Shown one piece after another: positions 26,826-36,799 of a DNA stretch of 64,000 nt. The first letter of the stretch is position 1, and each line of letters starts with the position of its first letter. The translations under genes and the position numbers were made by a program. The notes below the pieces were generated by a model that saw nothing but the letters and a program-made list of their open reading frames with translations, searched no databases and was not told the origin of the DNA. This DNA is from an uncultured delta proteobacterium (GTDB taxonomy: Bacteria > Desulfobacterota > RBG-13-43-22): positions 288,001 to 352,000 of the forward strand of contig CAWJJC010000022.1 in the NCBI GenBank assembly GCA_963843145.1. Reading direction: 5' to 3'.

Positions 26826-27794
26826 TTAGGTCTCAAGGCCCGGTCTTTTATTGCCGAGCGAATCATCCAATACCGACAGGGCCTGGCAATAAAGACTGGC
26901 GGCCCGGTAGGAACTACGGACCAAGGGTCCCGAGGCTACCCCTTCAAACCCCATTTTGCGGGCCTTTTCCTCCCAGCCGGCAAATTCCGCGGGCCGCACA
27001 TAACGCCGGAGCGGGAGATGCGCGGGGGTGGGCTGGAGGTACTGGCCGATAGTCAGCAGGTTGCATCCTTGATTTCTAAGTTCCTGAAGGACAGCCAAGA
27101 CTTCGGCCTCCTTCTCTCCTAATCCTACCATCAGCCCGGATTTGGTCAATACCTCGGGGAACTGATTTCTTAAAAAGTTAAAAAGAGACAGGGACCGCTG
27201 ATAATCCGCCCCGGGACGGACCAAGGGATACAGGCGCGGGACCGTCTCCATATTATGATTAATAACGGCGGGGCGGCTTTCAGCAACCCCCTGAAACGAT
27301 TCTTCCCGTCCCTGGAAGTCGGGTATCAGGCACTCCACCCTGGTCCCAGGGGTCCGTTCCCTGATGGCCAGGACAGTCCGTCCGAAGTGCTCTGCCCCGC
27401 CATCCGGAAGGTCGTCCCGGGTGACCGAGGTTAAGACCGCGTATTGGATCCCCATCTTTTGGATGGCCGCCGCAACTCTATCCGGTTCATCGGCCTCCAG
27501 GGGTTTAGGGGGACCGGGCGAAACTGCGCAAAAAGCACAATTTCGGGTACAGCGGTCGCCCATCAGCAGAAAGGTGACGGTCCCCTGTGAAAAACATTCG
27601 CCCTGGTTGGGACATCGTGCTTCCTGGCAAACGGTATGCAGGCCGTCTTGCTGAATAAGCCCTTTTATCCGCAAGATATTCGGCCCGGCGGCCATCCTTT
27701 TTTTCAGCCAGGCCGGCTTGGGCTGAAAAGGAGCACGGCTTCTTGAAGTCGGATTCGCCTGTCCCGTCTGGATGTCAGTGATGATTGGGTCCAT
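26826..27794 (-). CDS. lipA: lipoyl synthase
   Basis: HTVCQEARCPNQGEC, CTRNCAFC, TSVTRDDL, VRSSY. Confidence 0.97.
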   Translation of the reverse strand: MDPIITDIQTGQANPTSRSRAPFQPKPAWLKKRMAAGPNILRIKGLIQQDGLHTVCQEARCPNQGECFSQGTVTFLLMGDRCTRNCAFCAVSPGPPKPLEADEPDRVAAAIQKMGIQYAVLTSVTRDDLPDGGAEHFGRTVLAIRERTPGTRVECLIPDFQGREESFQGVAESRPAVINHNMETVPRLYPLVRPGADYQRSLSLFNFLRNQFPEVLTKSGLMVGLGEKEAEVLAVLQELRNQGCNLLTIGQYLQPTPAHLPLRRYVRPAEFAGWEEKARKMGFEGVASGPLVRSSYRAASLYCQALSVLDDSLGNKRPGLET

Positions 27795-28512
27795 CTGAAA
27801 TGCTTATCGGTCTTTTTTTACAATTTTCAAGCAATTTTTTCAAGTTTTCATCGTCCTGTTCTCTGGAGACCAGTTTTACATTGAAAACTTTTTCAAAATG
27901 GCCGGCCAAACGCCGGCGCAGATCCTGCGCTTCTATCATTCCCTCCTTCAATAATTCCAGGGAGGTCATTCGAACCCCGGACAACCCGCAGGGGACAATC
28001 CAATGGAAAGGACCCAGATCGACGCCGTAATTCAAGGCAAAGCCGTGATAGACGATACCCGCTTGCACTGCCAGGCCCAAAGAGGCAATTTTTTCCCCTT
28101 TCACCCAAACGCCGGGGTACCCCGCCTTTCGACCGGCCTGGAGGTCGTAATCCGCCAGGGCGCCAATGAGCACCTCTTCCAGTAAAAAAACGTAATCCCG
28201 GATTCCTAATCGATGGGATTTCAAATTGAAAACAGGATAGCCGACCAACTGCCCGGGGCCGTGATAGGTTACCTGGCCTCCCCGCTCGCAGCGGATGAGG
28301 TCGATGTGGAGCGCCTGCAACCGTTGAGGATCGACCAAAACGTTGCCCAATTTTCCCCACCTACCCAAGGTCAGCACCGGCGGGTGTTCCAGGAGGATCA
28401 AGAAATCCGGGAAAAGAGGGTCGGCTTTTTTTTGGTTTACCAGAAATTTCTGGAGATCCCAGGCGGCCTGATAAGGAACAAGTCCCAGGTTCAACCAGAC
28501 TACCTCTTTCAT
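27775..28512 (-). CDS. lipB: octanoyl(lipoyl) transferase
   Basis: LEHPPVLTLG, RGGQVTYHGPGQLVGYP, KIASLG, HGFALN, PCG. Likely ATG 28512. Confidence 0.95.
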   Translation of the reverse strand: MKEVVWLNLGLVPYQAAWDLQKFLVNQKKADPLFPDFLILLEHPPVLTLGRWGKLGNVLVDPQRLQALHIDLIRCERGGQVTYHGPGQLVGYPVFNLKSHRLGIRDYVFLLEEVLIGALADYDLQAGRKAGYPGVWVKGEKIASLGLAVQAGIVYHGFALNYGVDLGPFHWIVPCGLSGVRMTSLELLKEGMIEAQDLRRRLAGHFEKVFNVKLVSREQDDENLKKLLENCKKRPISISDGPNHH

Positions 28513-28668
28513 GCCGAAAGTATACTTTTTTTGCCCCTTCTTCACAAGGAGTTCTTGCCGGCGGTTATCCTTGACCTCGTTTCCCATCCTTGATAGGATA
28601 CGGTAGCTTTCAGGCTGAACTAAACCATTCCCCCGGTTTTACCGGGCGGGCATTAAAGAGGAAAAACC

Positions 28669-29271
28669 ATGCCGTCTGCCCCCAAAGCGCTGATCAGCGT
28701 GACCGACAAGTCCGGAATTGTGGAATTCGCCCGGGAATTGATTCAATTGGATTTTGAAATCCTGTCCACCGGCGGGACGGCCAAGGCCCTTCAGGCCGCC
28801 GAGCTGCCGGTAACAGAGGTCTCCGCCTATACCGGGTTCCCGGAAATCCTGGACGGGCGCGTCAAGACCCTACAGCCCAAGATCCACGGCGGGCTATTGG
28901 GGCGCCGTCAGGATCCCCGGCACCGGGAACAAATGCAGGCCTTGGATATTGAACCCATCGAACTGCTGGTGGTCAATTTATACGCCTTCGAAAAGACCGT
29001 CGCCAAACCGGGATGTACTTTGGAGGAGGCCATCGAAAATATTGATATCGGCGGTCCCGCCCTACTCCGGGCGGCTGCCAAGAACTACGTGGAAGTGACG
29101 GTCCTCAGCGATCCAAATGATTACCCGCAGGTCCTTCAGGAACTAAAAACCAACGGCCGGACTTCCCTCGCCACCCGATTTTACCTGGCTAAGAAGGTCT
29201 TCGCCTTAACCCAACGGTACGATGGGGCCATCAGCCACTACCTCAATACTTTTGTGGATCCCCATGAATAG
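28669..29271 (+). CDS. purH: stand-alone IMP cyclohydrolase domain of PurH (no AICAR transformylase domain)
   Basis: [37 protein letters not shown]; ends at 200 aa. Confidence 0.9.
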   Translation: MPSAPKALISVTDKSGIVEFARELIQLDFEILSTGGTAKALQAAELPVTEVSAYTGFPEILDGRVKTLQPKIHGGLLGRRQDPRHREQMQALDIEPIELLVVNLYAFEKTVAKPGCTLEEAIENIDIGGPALLRAAAKNYVEVTVLSDPNDYPQVLQELKTNGRTSLATRFYLAKKVFALTQRYDGAISHYLNTFVDPHE

Positions 29272-29866
29272 CCGTCCGCGGCCTCTTTCCCAGGTGCCCG
29301 GCCGGGTCGCCTTTGACATCGACGGGGTTTTCGGCAATGTCATGGAACTATTCATCCGCCTGGCCCGTGAGCTTTATCAAATAGATTCCATTCACTATGG
29401 GGATATTACCCGATATTATCTGTACGACTGCCTGGACCTGGATTCAGAGATCATCGACCGGTTGATCGAGAAGATTGTCGATTACCCGTATGCTCTGAAA
29501 ATGATTCCTTTCGAACAGTCGGTGCCCGTCCTGAGCGTTTATGGGCAGCGCTATCCCCTGACTTTCGTCACCGCCCGTCATAAGGCGGAACCGATCACCG
29601 ACTGGGTCCTCGGCCAGTTGCCGGATGTCGATCCCCTCCGCATTCGGGTCATCGCCGCCGGGCAACACCATTTGAAACTTAAGATACTTCAGGAATTGGG
29701 TTTTACCTATTACATCGATGATCATTTGGACACCTGTCATTTATTATCCCAACACGCCATCCGGCCCATCGTTTTCGAGCAACCCTGGAATCAGGAGCCC
29801 CATCCTTTTCACAGGGTAGCAAACTGGCAGGAACTAGGGGAAATTTTATTGGACTACTCCGCTTAA
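29264..29866 (+). CDS. HAD-superfamily 5'(3')-nucleotidase-like protein
   Basis: FDIDGV (motif I), VTAR, K, YIDD motifs; overlaps the purH stop. Confidence 0.82.
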   Translation: MNSRPRPLSQVPGRVAFDIDGVFGNVMELFIRLARELYQIDSIHYGDITRYYLYDCLDLDSEIIDRLIEKIVDYPYALKMIPFEQSVPVLSVYGQRYPLTFVTARHKAEPITDWVLGQLPDVDPLRIRVIAAGQHHLKLKILQELGFTYYIDDHLDTCHLLSQHAIRPIVFEQPWNQEPHPFHRVANWQELGEILLDYSA

Positions 29867-29896
29867 GGCCGGGGTGTTTTCGAGAGGAGGAAGTTT

Positions 29897-31687
29897 ATGA
29901 AGATTCTGGTAGTCGGCGGAGGAGGACGGGAACATGCCCTGGTCTGGAAGATCGACCAGAGTCCCCTGGTGGAAAAAATATTTTGTGCGCCGGGTAACGC
30001 CGGTATCGCGGAAATGGCCACCTGCCTGCCCCTGAAAGGGGAAGACACCGGCGCCCTCCTGGACTTCGCCTTCAAGGAGAAAATTGATTTAACCGTAGTG
30101 GGGCCGGAATCCCCCCTGACCTTAGGCCTGGTGGATACCTTTGAAAAAAAAGGGTTGAAGGCCTTTGGCGTGAGCAAAAGGGCGGCCCTGCTGGAGGCCA
30201 GCAAGGATTTCGCCAAACGGCTGATGACCAAATACCAAATCCCTACCGCGGCCTATCGTTCGTTCACCGATCCGAAACAGGCCATGGCCTACCTGGACAA
30301 GCTCGGGACGCCGGTCGTGGTCAAAGCCGATGGATTGGCCGCCGGCAAAGGGGTCATGGTTTGCCAAACCCTGGCTGAGGCCAAGGCGGCGATCGAGTTG
30401 ATCATGCTGGACCGGGCCTTTGGAGAAGCCGGGAACAAGATCATTTTGGAAGAATACCTGACCGGCGAGGAGGCCTCCTTCCTGGCCTTCAGCGATGGAA
30501 AAACGGTTCTGCCCATGCCCACCTCTCAGGATCACAAGCCGATTTACGACAACGACCAGGGCCCCAATACGGGGGGGATGGGGGCCTATTCACCGGCCCC
30601 GGTGGTGGATGAAGCCCTGTTTCAGGAGGTCATGAATCGGGTCATGATCCCTACGGTCCGGGCCATGGCCAAAGAAGGACGGCCTTATAAAGGGGTGCTT
30701 TATGCGGGGTTGATGATCAACCAGGGAAAGATCAAGGTTCTGGAATACAATGTCCGTTTCGGCGATCCGGAGGCCCAGCCATTACTAATGCGGCTTAAGA
30801 GCGACCTGGTGGAAATCCTGACAGCGGTAACGGTCGGTAAACTGGATCAGGTGAAAGCCGTCTGGGACACCCGCCCGTCGGTTTGCGTGGTTATGGCCGC
30901 CCATGGTTATCCCGGCACCTATCAGAAAGGGCAGACCATTCAGGGCCTGGAGGCGGCTAAACGCCTGAAGGACGTGGTGGTATTTCACGCCGGCACCACC
31001 TTCAAGGATAAGGCCGTGGTGACCAACGGCGGCCGAGTCCTGGGGGTAACCGCCTTGGGGGAAGACATCCCCCGGGCGATTAAAAAGGCCTATCAGGCGG
31101 TCGGCAAAATCCAATGGAAAACGGCCTATTATCGGACCGATATCGGCCAAAAAGCCTCTAAGCACCTTAAGGAGAAAGGGCTTAAACCCAAACCGCTGGT
31201 GGGGTTGATGATGGGCAGTGATTCGGATTTGCCGGTCCTGGAAGTCGCTGCCCGCACCCTGAAGCAATTTAAAATTCCCTTTGAACTGATGGTTTCCTCG
31301 GCCCATCGCTCTCCGAAAAAAACCGCGGAGTTTGCCCGGCGGGCCGAAGATCGGGGGTTCAAGGTCCTGATCGCCGGGGCCGGGGCTGCCGCGCACCTGG
31401 CCGGTGTTTTGGCGGCGGAGACTACCCTGCCGGTGATCGGGGTCCCGATTGACTCCTCGTCCTTGAAAGGGCTGGACTCCCTGCTGGCCATGGTTCAGAT
31501 GCCGTCCGGGGTCCCGGTAGCCACCATGGCCATCGGGATCGCCGGGGCCAAAAACGCAGCCATTCTGGCGGCCCAGATCCTGGCCCTTTTTAATCCCCAG
31601 ATAGCCGAGGCGCTGAAGGCCTTCAAACAGCGCCTGGAGGCCGAGATCCAGGAAAAAGACAAAAAAATCCACACGGTCTGGCCTTGA
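29897..31687 (+). CDS. purD: PurD-PurE fusion (GAR synthetase + N5-CAIR mutase)
   Basis: GGGGREHAL, VKADGLAAGKGV, NTGGMG, RFGDPE; C-terminal MGSDSD, SAHRSP, GAAAHL, QMPSGVPV. Confidence 0.95.
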   Translation: MKILVVGGGGREHALVWKIDQSPLVEKIFCAPGNAGIAEMATCLPLKGEDTGALLDFAFKEKIDLTVVGPESPLTLGLVDTFEKKGLKAFGVSKRAALLEASKDFAKRLMTKYQIPTAAYRSFTDPKQAMAYLDKLGTPVVVKADGLAAGKGVMVCQTLAEAKAAIELIMLDRAFGEAGNKIILEEYLTGEEASFLAFSDGKTVLPMPTSQDHKPIYDNDQGPNTGGMGAYSPAPVVDEALFQEVMNRVMIPTVRAMAKEGRPYKGVLYAGLMINQGKIKVLEYNVRFGDPEAQPLLMRLKSDLVEILTAVTVGKLDQVKAVWDTRPSVCVVMAAHGYPGTYQKGQTIQGLEAAKRLKDVVVFHAGTTFKDKAVVTNGGRVLGVTALGEDIPRAIKKAYQAVGKIQWKTAYYRTDIGQKASKHLKEKGLKPKPLVGLMMGSDSDLPVLEVAARTLKQFKIPFELMVSSAHRSPKKTAEFARRAEDRGFKVLIAGAGAAAHLAGVLAAETTLPVIGVPIDSSSLKGLDSLLAMVQMPSGVPVATMAIGIAGAKNAAILAAQILALFNPQIAEALKAFKQRLEAEIQEKDKKIHTVWP

Positions 31688-32952
31688 GAATCATCGCCGA
31701 CTTTCATCTTCATTCGGCCTTTAGTCGGGCGACCAGCCGGGATATGCACCTGCCGGAGATCGCCCGTTGGGGTCGTTTGAAAGGACTGTCCCTCCTGGGC
31801 ACCGGCGACTTTACTCACCCGGCTTATTTTCAGGAGATTCGGACCCAGTTGGAGGAAACCGGAAAGGGGCTGTTGCGACTTAGGGGTGGAAAAGCCGACG
31901 ACCCACTTTTTCTCTTGACCGCCGAAACCAGCCATATCTATACCCAGGGCGGAAAAGGCCGGCGGATCCACATGATGATTTTTGCCCCGGGGCTGGCCGC
32001 CGCTGAAAAGATTAATCTCCGGCTGGGGGTCCTGGGCAACGTGAAATCCGACGGCCGTCCTATTTTTGGTTTTTCGGCCAAGGATCTGGTCAAAGTGGTC
32101 CTGGATATCGAACCCGCCTGTCTTTTGGTGCCGGCCCATGTCTGGACCCCCTGGTTTTCGGTCTTCGGCTCTCAGTCCGGCTTTGATTCCCTGGAGGAAT
32201 GCTTCGAAGAAGAAACGGCCCATATTTTTGCCATTGAAACCGGCCTGTCCTCGGACCCGGCCATGAACTGGCGCTGGTCGGCCTTGGATAACCTGACCTT
32301 AATTTCCAATTCCGATGCCCATTCTCCCGCCAAAATCGGACGCGAGGCCAACATTTTTGAAACCGAGCTTTCCTACCCGGCCATCATCGAGGCCATTAAG
32401 CAAAAAGACCCGTCCCGTTTTCCGGCCACCATTGAATTTTTTCCGGAAGAAGGAAAATATCACTTTGACGGCCACCGCAACTGCCGGGTCTGTTTCTCGC
32501 CCGGGCAAAGTCGGGAAAACAATGATTGCTGCCCGGTTTGCGGCAAGAAAATCGTAATCGGGGTAATGCACCGGGTGGAAGAACTGGCCGATCGGCCGCC
32601 GGGGTTTCGTCCCCCCGGGGCGATTTCGGCCATCCATTTAGTCCCCCTGGAGGAAATCATCGCCGCAGGATACGGTCTGGGGGTAGGATCGAAGCGTGTT
32701 CGCCGAGAATACCTGAACCTTCTTGAACGGGGAGGCGCGGAACTGGAAATTCTGTTGGATAAATCGGCCGAGGAGTTGGCCTCCTTTATGGATTCCCGCC
32801 TGGTCGAAGGGATCCTCGGGGTTCGTCAGGGGTTGGTCAGTGTGGCCCCCGGTTACGACGGGGTTTATGGTCGGGTTAACCTTTTTTCTGAAAACCCCAG
32901 GTCAAACCAAGCCCAATCTCCTCCGGTCGACCGCCAGTTAAGACTTTTTTAA
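31684..32952 (+). CDS. endonuclease Q-family (PHP domain + Zn finger) protein
   Basis: ADFHLHS, GTGDFTHP, PAHVWTPW, ETGLSSD, SNSDAHS, EGKYHFDGHRNC, CPVCG, PGYDGVYG. Confidence 0.88.
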   Translation: MRIIADFHLHSAFSRATSRDMHLPEIARWGRLKGLSLLGTGDFTHPAYFQEIRTQLEETGKGLLRLRGGKADDPLFLLTAETSHIYTQGGKGRRIHMMIFAPGLAAAEKINLRLGVLGNVKSDGRPIFGFSAKDLVKVVLDIEPACLLVPAHVWTPWFSVFGSQSGFDSLEECFEEETAHIFAIETGLSSDPAMNWRWSALDNLTLISNSDAHSPAKIGREANIFETELSYPAIIEAIKQKDPSRFPATIEFFPEEGKYHFDGHRNCRVCFSPGQSRENNDCCPVCGKKIVIGVMHRVEELADRPPGFRPPGAISAIHLVPLEEIIAAGYGLGVGSKRVRREYLNLLERGGAELEILLDKSAEELASFMDSRLVEGILGVRQGLVSVAPGYDGVYGRVNLFSENPRSNQAQSPPVDRQLRLF

Positions 32953-34337
32953 TCCTCTCCCCGGGCTCTGGCCGGTTTGTCCTTTTTAAAGATATCCGGA
33001 TCAAGATTGTATTTTTTCAATAAGTGATAGAAATCGGCCCGATAACGGCCGGCCAAACCCGAGGCCTTGCTGACGTTACCCTGGGTCATTTCCAAAAGGC
33101 GGATAATATAGCTGCGTTCAAAATCCTCCCGGGCCTCTTTTAAGGGGACCAGCGGTTCATCGGATATTTCCCGACCCTTTAAAATCAAGTCCTCGGTGAT
33201 CAGTTCGTAGGGGGCCATGGCTACAGCGAACTCCAAAGAGTTTTCCAGTTCCCGGACATTACCCGGCCAATCATGGATCATCAATTTTTGCATGGCCATG
33301 GGGGTCAAGCCCTTGACCCCTTTTTTCATCCGTCGGGCCAGTTTCTTCAGGAAAAAGGCGACCAGGGCCGGGATATCCTCCTTGCGCTCCCTCAAGGGAG
33401 GTATGATGATAGGAATAACGTAAATCCGGTAGAATAAATCTTCCCGGAAGTTCCCCTTTTGCATTTCCTCTTCCAGATTCTTGTTGGTGGCCACCACCAC
33501 CCGAATATCGACCGAGATCGATTTTTTTCCTCCTAAGGGATAGAATTGCCGCTCCTGTAGCACCCGCAACAGTTTGGCCTGGATGGACAAGGGCATATCC
33601 CCGATCTCGTCCAGGAAAAATGTCCCTTTATCCGCCTGGGCCAACTGGCCTTTCATCGTGCGTATCGCTCCGGTAAAGGCCCCTTTTTCATAACCGAACA
33701 GCTCGCTCTCCAGTAGCGTTACCGGGATGGCCGCGCAATTGAGGGCCACAAAGGGCTGGTCTTTCCGGGCGCTGGCCAGATGAATGGCCTTGGCGATGAT
33801 CTCCTTGCCCGTTCCGCTTTCCCCCTGGATATAGACCGTGGAATCGGTCTCCGCGGCTCGGGAAACCATGGTGATGATTTCCCGCATCTTTTCACTCTTG
33901 GCAATGATATTGGGGATGTCAAAACGCTCCGAGAGCATTCCTTTCAGGCGTTTGATTTCCTGGGTCAGTTTTTTGTTTTCCAGGGCCTTTTCAATGTCGA
34001 TCAAAAGGGCCCGGGGGTCAAAAGGCTTGGTGAGATAGGTAAAGGCCCCGCTTTTAACGGCCTCTACGGCGGTCTCGATGCTCCCGAAGGCGGTTAAAAT
34101 GATCACGGATAGATCCGGATGAATCAAATGAAGTTGCCTCATCAGCGCGATGCCGTCCATTTTCTGAAGTTGTAGGTCAACCACCGCCAGGTCAAAGGCA
34201 TCTTCCCGGACCAGTTCCTCGGCCCCTTCTTCAGTCAAAGAAGTGGAAACCTCATAATCCGCCGCCTCCAACCGCATCCGGAGGAGTTCCAGCAGGTTTT
34301 TATCGTCATCCACGACCAATATTTTTCCCAAAGACAT
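32949..34337 (-). CDS. sigma54-dependent response regulator (GlrR/QseF-like)
   Basis: REC + GESGTGKE, GAFTGA, WPGNVREL, HTH GNVSKAS.LAGRYRADFY. Confidence 0.93.
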   Translation of the reverse strand: MSLGKILVVDDDKNLLELLRMRLEAADYEVSTSLTEEGAEELVREDAFDLAVVDLQLQKMDGIALMRQLHLIHPDLSVIILTAFGSIETAVEAVKSGAFTYLTKPFDPRALLIDIEKALENKKLTQEIKRLKGMLSERFDIPNIIAKSEKMREIITMVSRAAETDSTVYIQGESGTGKEIIAKAIHLASARKDQPFVALNCAAIPVTLLESELFGYEKGAFTGAIRTMKGQLAQADKGTFFLDEIGDMPLSIQAKLLRVLQERQFYPLGGKKSISVDIRVVVATNKNLEEEMQKGNFREDLFYRIYVIPIIIPPLRERKEDIPALVAFFLKKLARRMKKGVKGLTPMAMQKLMIHDWPGNVRELENSLEFAVAMAPYELITEDLILKGREISDEPLVPLKEAREDFERSYIIRLLEMTQGNVSKASGLAGRYRADFYHLLKKYNLDPDIFKKDKPARARGED

Positions 34338-34346
34338 TCGCTTATC

Positions 34347-35180
34347 CTACTTTCTGAGTTGCTTCCGTTTTTTTTCAATCTCCAGGTCGATTTGTTCGGA
34401 CCGCTCCCAAAGCTCCATGATCTGCACCCAGGCCCGGGCCTCTTCGACCCGCAGGCTCTGAGGGAATTCCTTGAGCAGTTTCTTGAAATAAAAGATGGCC
34501 TTCTGGTAATCCTTCTTGGGGTAATTGGCCTGGGCATAAATGAAACCCAGGGCATAGAGGGCTTCATCCGCAGGGGGTTTGTGCCCGTACTTGGTCAGAA
34601 CGGCCTGATTTTCCTCCAGTGCCCGGTCAAAATCATTTTGAGCCCAAAGCTTCTGATTACGGGCCAATAAATCAGTCATTAACCACCGGGGGTCCGACTT
34701 GAACTCTTCCAGTTGTGTCCTGCAGGCCTCCATCTGGGTTTTAGCCTGCTGAAGCTGGCTTTTGGTTTTTTCTCCTTGTTGTAGCGCATCCGCATAAGCC
34801 GTATTTAACCCGATCCAGGCCCGGGCCTCCTCGGCATAGGGACTTTGGGGGAAATCCTTCTGAAGTTTCCACCAGAAGGCCAGGGCTTCTGGAAAATTTT
34901 TTCGGGGGTTTCCCGGCTGGCTTAAAGTGAGGGCCAGCTCTCTCAAGGCCTGGTCCCCCGGTGGTTTATGGGGATAGGCCGACAGGATTTCCTGAAAGAC
35001 TTGGAAGGACCGGTCGTACTTCCCTTCGCCGCGGAATTTTTTCCCCTGGACCATTTTATCCTGAACCTGCTCCCCTTCCCTGATCTCCTGGAAAAAAGTG
35101 CAGGCGGGTAAAAATAGGGTTACGATAAGGGCAACGTAAAATAGAAGGTACTTCCACTTCCCGGTTTGCTTTCGGCCCAC
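34347..35180 (-). CDS. TPR/coiled-coil lipoprotein (QseG/YfhG-like position)
   Basis: Lipobox LPAC; two TPR-like blocks (FPQSPYAEEARAW / FPQSLRVEEARAW); lies between kinase and regulator. Confidence 0.8.
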   Translation of the reverse strand: MGRKQTGKWKYLLFYVALIVTLFLPACTFFQEIREGEQVQDKMVQGKKFRGEGKYDRSFQVFQEILSAYPHKPPGDQALRELALTLSQPGNPRKNFPEALAFWWKLQKDFPQSPYAEEARAWIGLNTAYADALQQGEKTKSQLQQAKTQMEACRTQLEEFKSDPRWLMTDLLARNQKLWAQNDFDRALEENQAVLTKYGHKPPADEALYALGFIYAQANYPKKDYQKAIFYFKKLLKEFPQSLRVEEARAWVQIMELWERSEQIDLEIEKKRKQLRK

Positions 35181-36568
35181 ACTTTTCCTCCATGCGCGGT
35201 AATGATTTTTTTAACGATCGCCAACCCCAGCCCGGTCCCTTTTACCAGCGGCGCCCCCGGTGTGGAGACTTGTCGAAATTTCTCAAAAATTAGCTGCAAC
35301 TGGTCCCCGGAGATGCCCGGTCCATTGTCCTTTACCGACACCTGGATAACCTCCGATCGGACCTCGGCGGCAACCGTGATGGTCCCGCCTTCGGGCGTAT
35401 ATTTTATGGCGTTACCCAGCAGATTTTTCAGTACCTGTAATAGCCGGTCATTATCCAGCGGGACGGCCGGCAACGATTCGGGAAGGTCCAGCCGGAGGGC
35501 GATTTTTTTATTGACCAGCAGGGGCTCCAGCAGTTGCGCGGCAATGGTAAACAAGGGGAGGGGATTGATCCGGGAGAAGTGGAAATGCATCATCCCGGCT
35601 TCCATCTTGGAGAAGTCCAAAAGGGAATTCACCAGCTCAATCAAACGGTTGCTCTCCTCGGAGACGATTCCCATGAGTTTCTGCTGTTTTTCGTTAAGGG
35701 TGCCCCCCACCCCTTCCAGCAGGAGGCTGGTCCCTTCCCGGATCGAGGTCAAGGGGGTCCTTAATTCGTGGGACATGACGGAAAAAAAATCGGATTTCAT
35801 TTTATCGATCTTATTCAATTGCGCACACATGGCATTAAAGGCCCGGGTGAGCCTGGCTACTTCCGGGGGAGACTGGATCTTTAAGTCCCCCTGGTAGTCC
35901 CCTGCGGCCATCTCTTTGGTCTTATCCACCAGGAGGGCAATCGGTCGGGTAATGCTACGGGTAATGAACACGGACATAACGATAATCAGGCCCAGAGTCA
36001 CCCCCCCGATAAAAATAATAAAGCGCAGAGAAGTCTCCTGGGCATCTCCCAATTTCCGTATCCTGGCCAGGTTGTTTTGCTGGGCCGAGACCCTTAATTC
36101 TTCCAACTGGTTGATCACGGTGTTAAGCACTTCCTCTTTCGCCTGATCCTGTTCTTTTCCGAATACCCGTTTTTTTAAGCGGGTAGAGGTCAAGGTCTCC
36201 GCTATCAAGGCGCTATAAACCAGCTCACCCTGGGCGATCCGGGCTAATAAGTCCTTTTCCCGTTCCCCTCCCGGTATGGTCCGGACTTCCGCTAATTGCT
36301 GTCGAAAATCCTCCTGGGCCTGAACATATTGATTATATATCGTCGGGTCCTTAAGAATAGAATATTTTTTTTCATAGCGACTTTGGGACAACAAGGCGTC
36401 GGTCAGCTTCCGGGTGTATTCCTGGATTCGGTTTTCCTGGATCAGGATCTCATTGGTTTCAACGCTGAAGTCCCGCAGCTCAAAAATAACAAATCCGCTG
36501 ATCAAACTGGACCCCAGCAGGATGATCAAGTATCCGGCGATCAGACGTGTCAGGATATTTAGGCGCAT
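35120..36568 (-). CDS. HAMP-domain sensor histidine kinase (GlrK/QseE-like)
   Basis: 2 TM, periplasmic helical domain, HAMP, SHELRTPL, NAIKYT, GTGLGL. Confidence 0.94.
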   Translation of the reverse strand: MRLNILTRLIAGYLIILLGSSLISGFVIFELRDFSVETNEILIQENRIQEYTRKLTDALLSQSRYEKKYSILKDPTIYNQYVQAQEDFRQQLAEVRTIPGGEREKDLLARIAQGELVYSALIAETLTSTRLKKRVFGKEQDQAKEEVLNTVINQLEELRVSAQQNNLARIRKLGDAQETSLRFIIFIGGVTLGLIIVMSVFITRSITRPIALLVDKTKEMAAGDYQGDLKIQSPPEVARLTRAFNAMCAQLNKIDKMKSDFFSVMSHELRTPLTSIREGTSLLLEGVGGTLNEKQQKLMGIVSEESNRLIELVNSLLDFSKMEAGMMHFHFSRINPLPLFTIAAQLLEPLLVNKKIALRLDLPESLPAVPLDNDRLLQVLKNLLGNAIKYTPEGGTITVAAEVRSEVIQVSVKDNGPGISGDQLQLIFEKFRQVSTPGAPLVKGTGLGLAIVKKIITAHGGKVWAESKPGSGSTFYFTLPLS

Positions 36569-36799
36569 GAGTCGAGTTTAGCGGTGAGCAGTAGAATAGA
36601 TCTTCCGCCGGCTTGGCCGTTTGCTGGGATTCACTGATTGTTCTTCTTGCAGGTTAACGCATCCCTAGGCGAATAGTCAAGGGATACCAGGAGAGCCGAT
36701 CCGTCGGGCAGGATAATCGGGATGAGCTGAAACCGGACTTCTTATTTCGCTGGGTAAGGAAAGCGTTTGGTCAGGAACCATCCAGAGAAGAAAAGAGAC

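Noticed and set aside
28590-28668. ZMP/ZTP or purine riboswitch before purH
   Set aside because: Only a short CCCGGT/ACCGGG hairpin; no consensus elements recognised.
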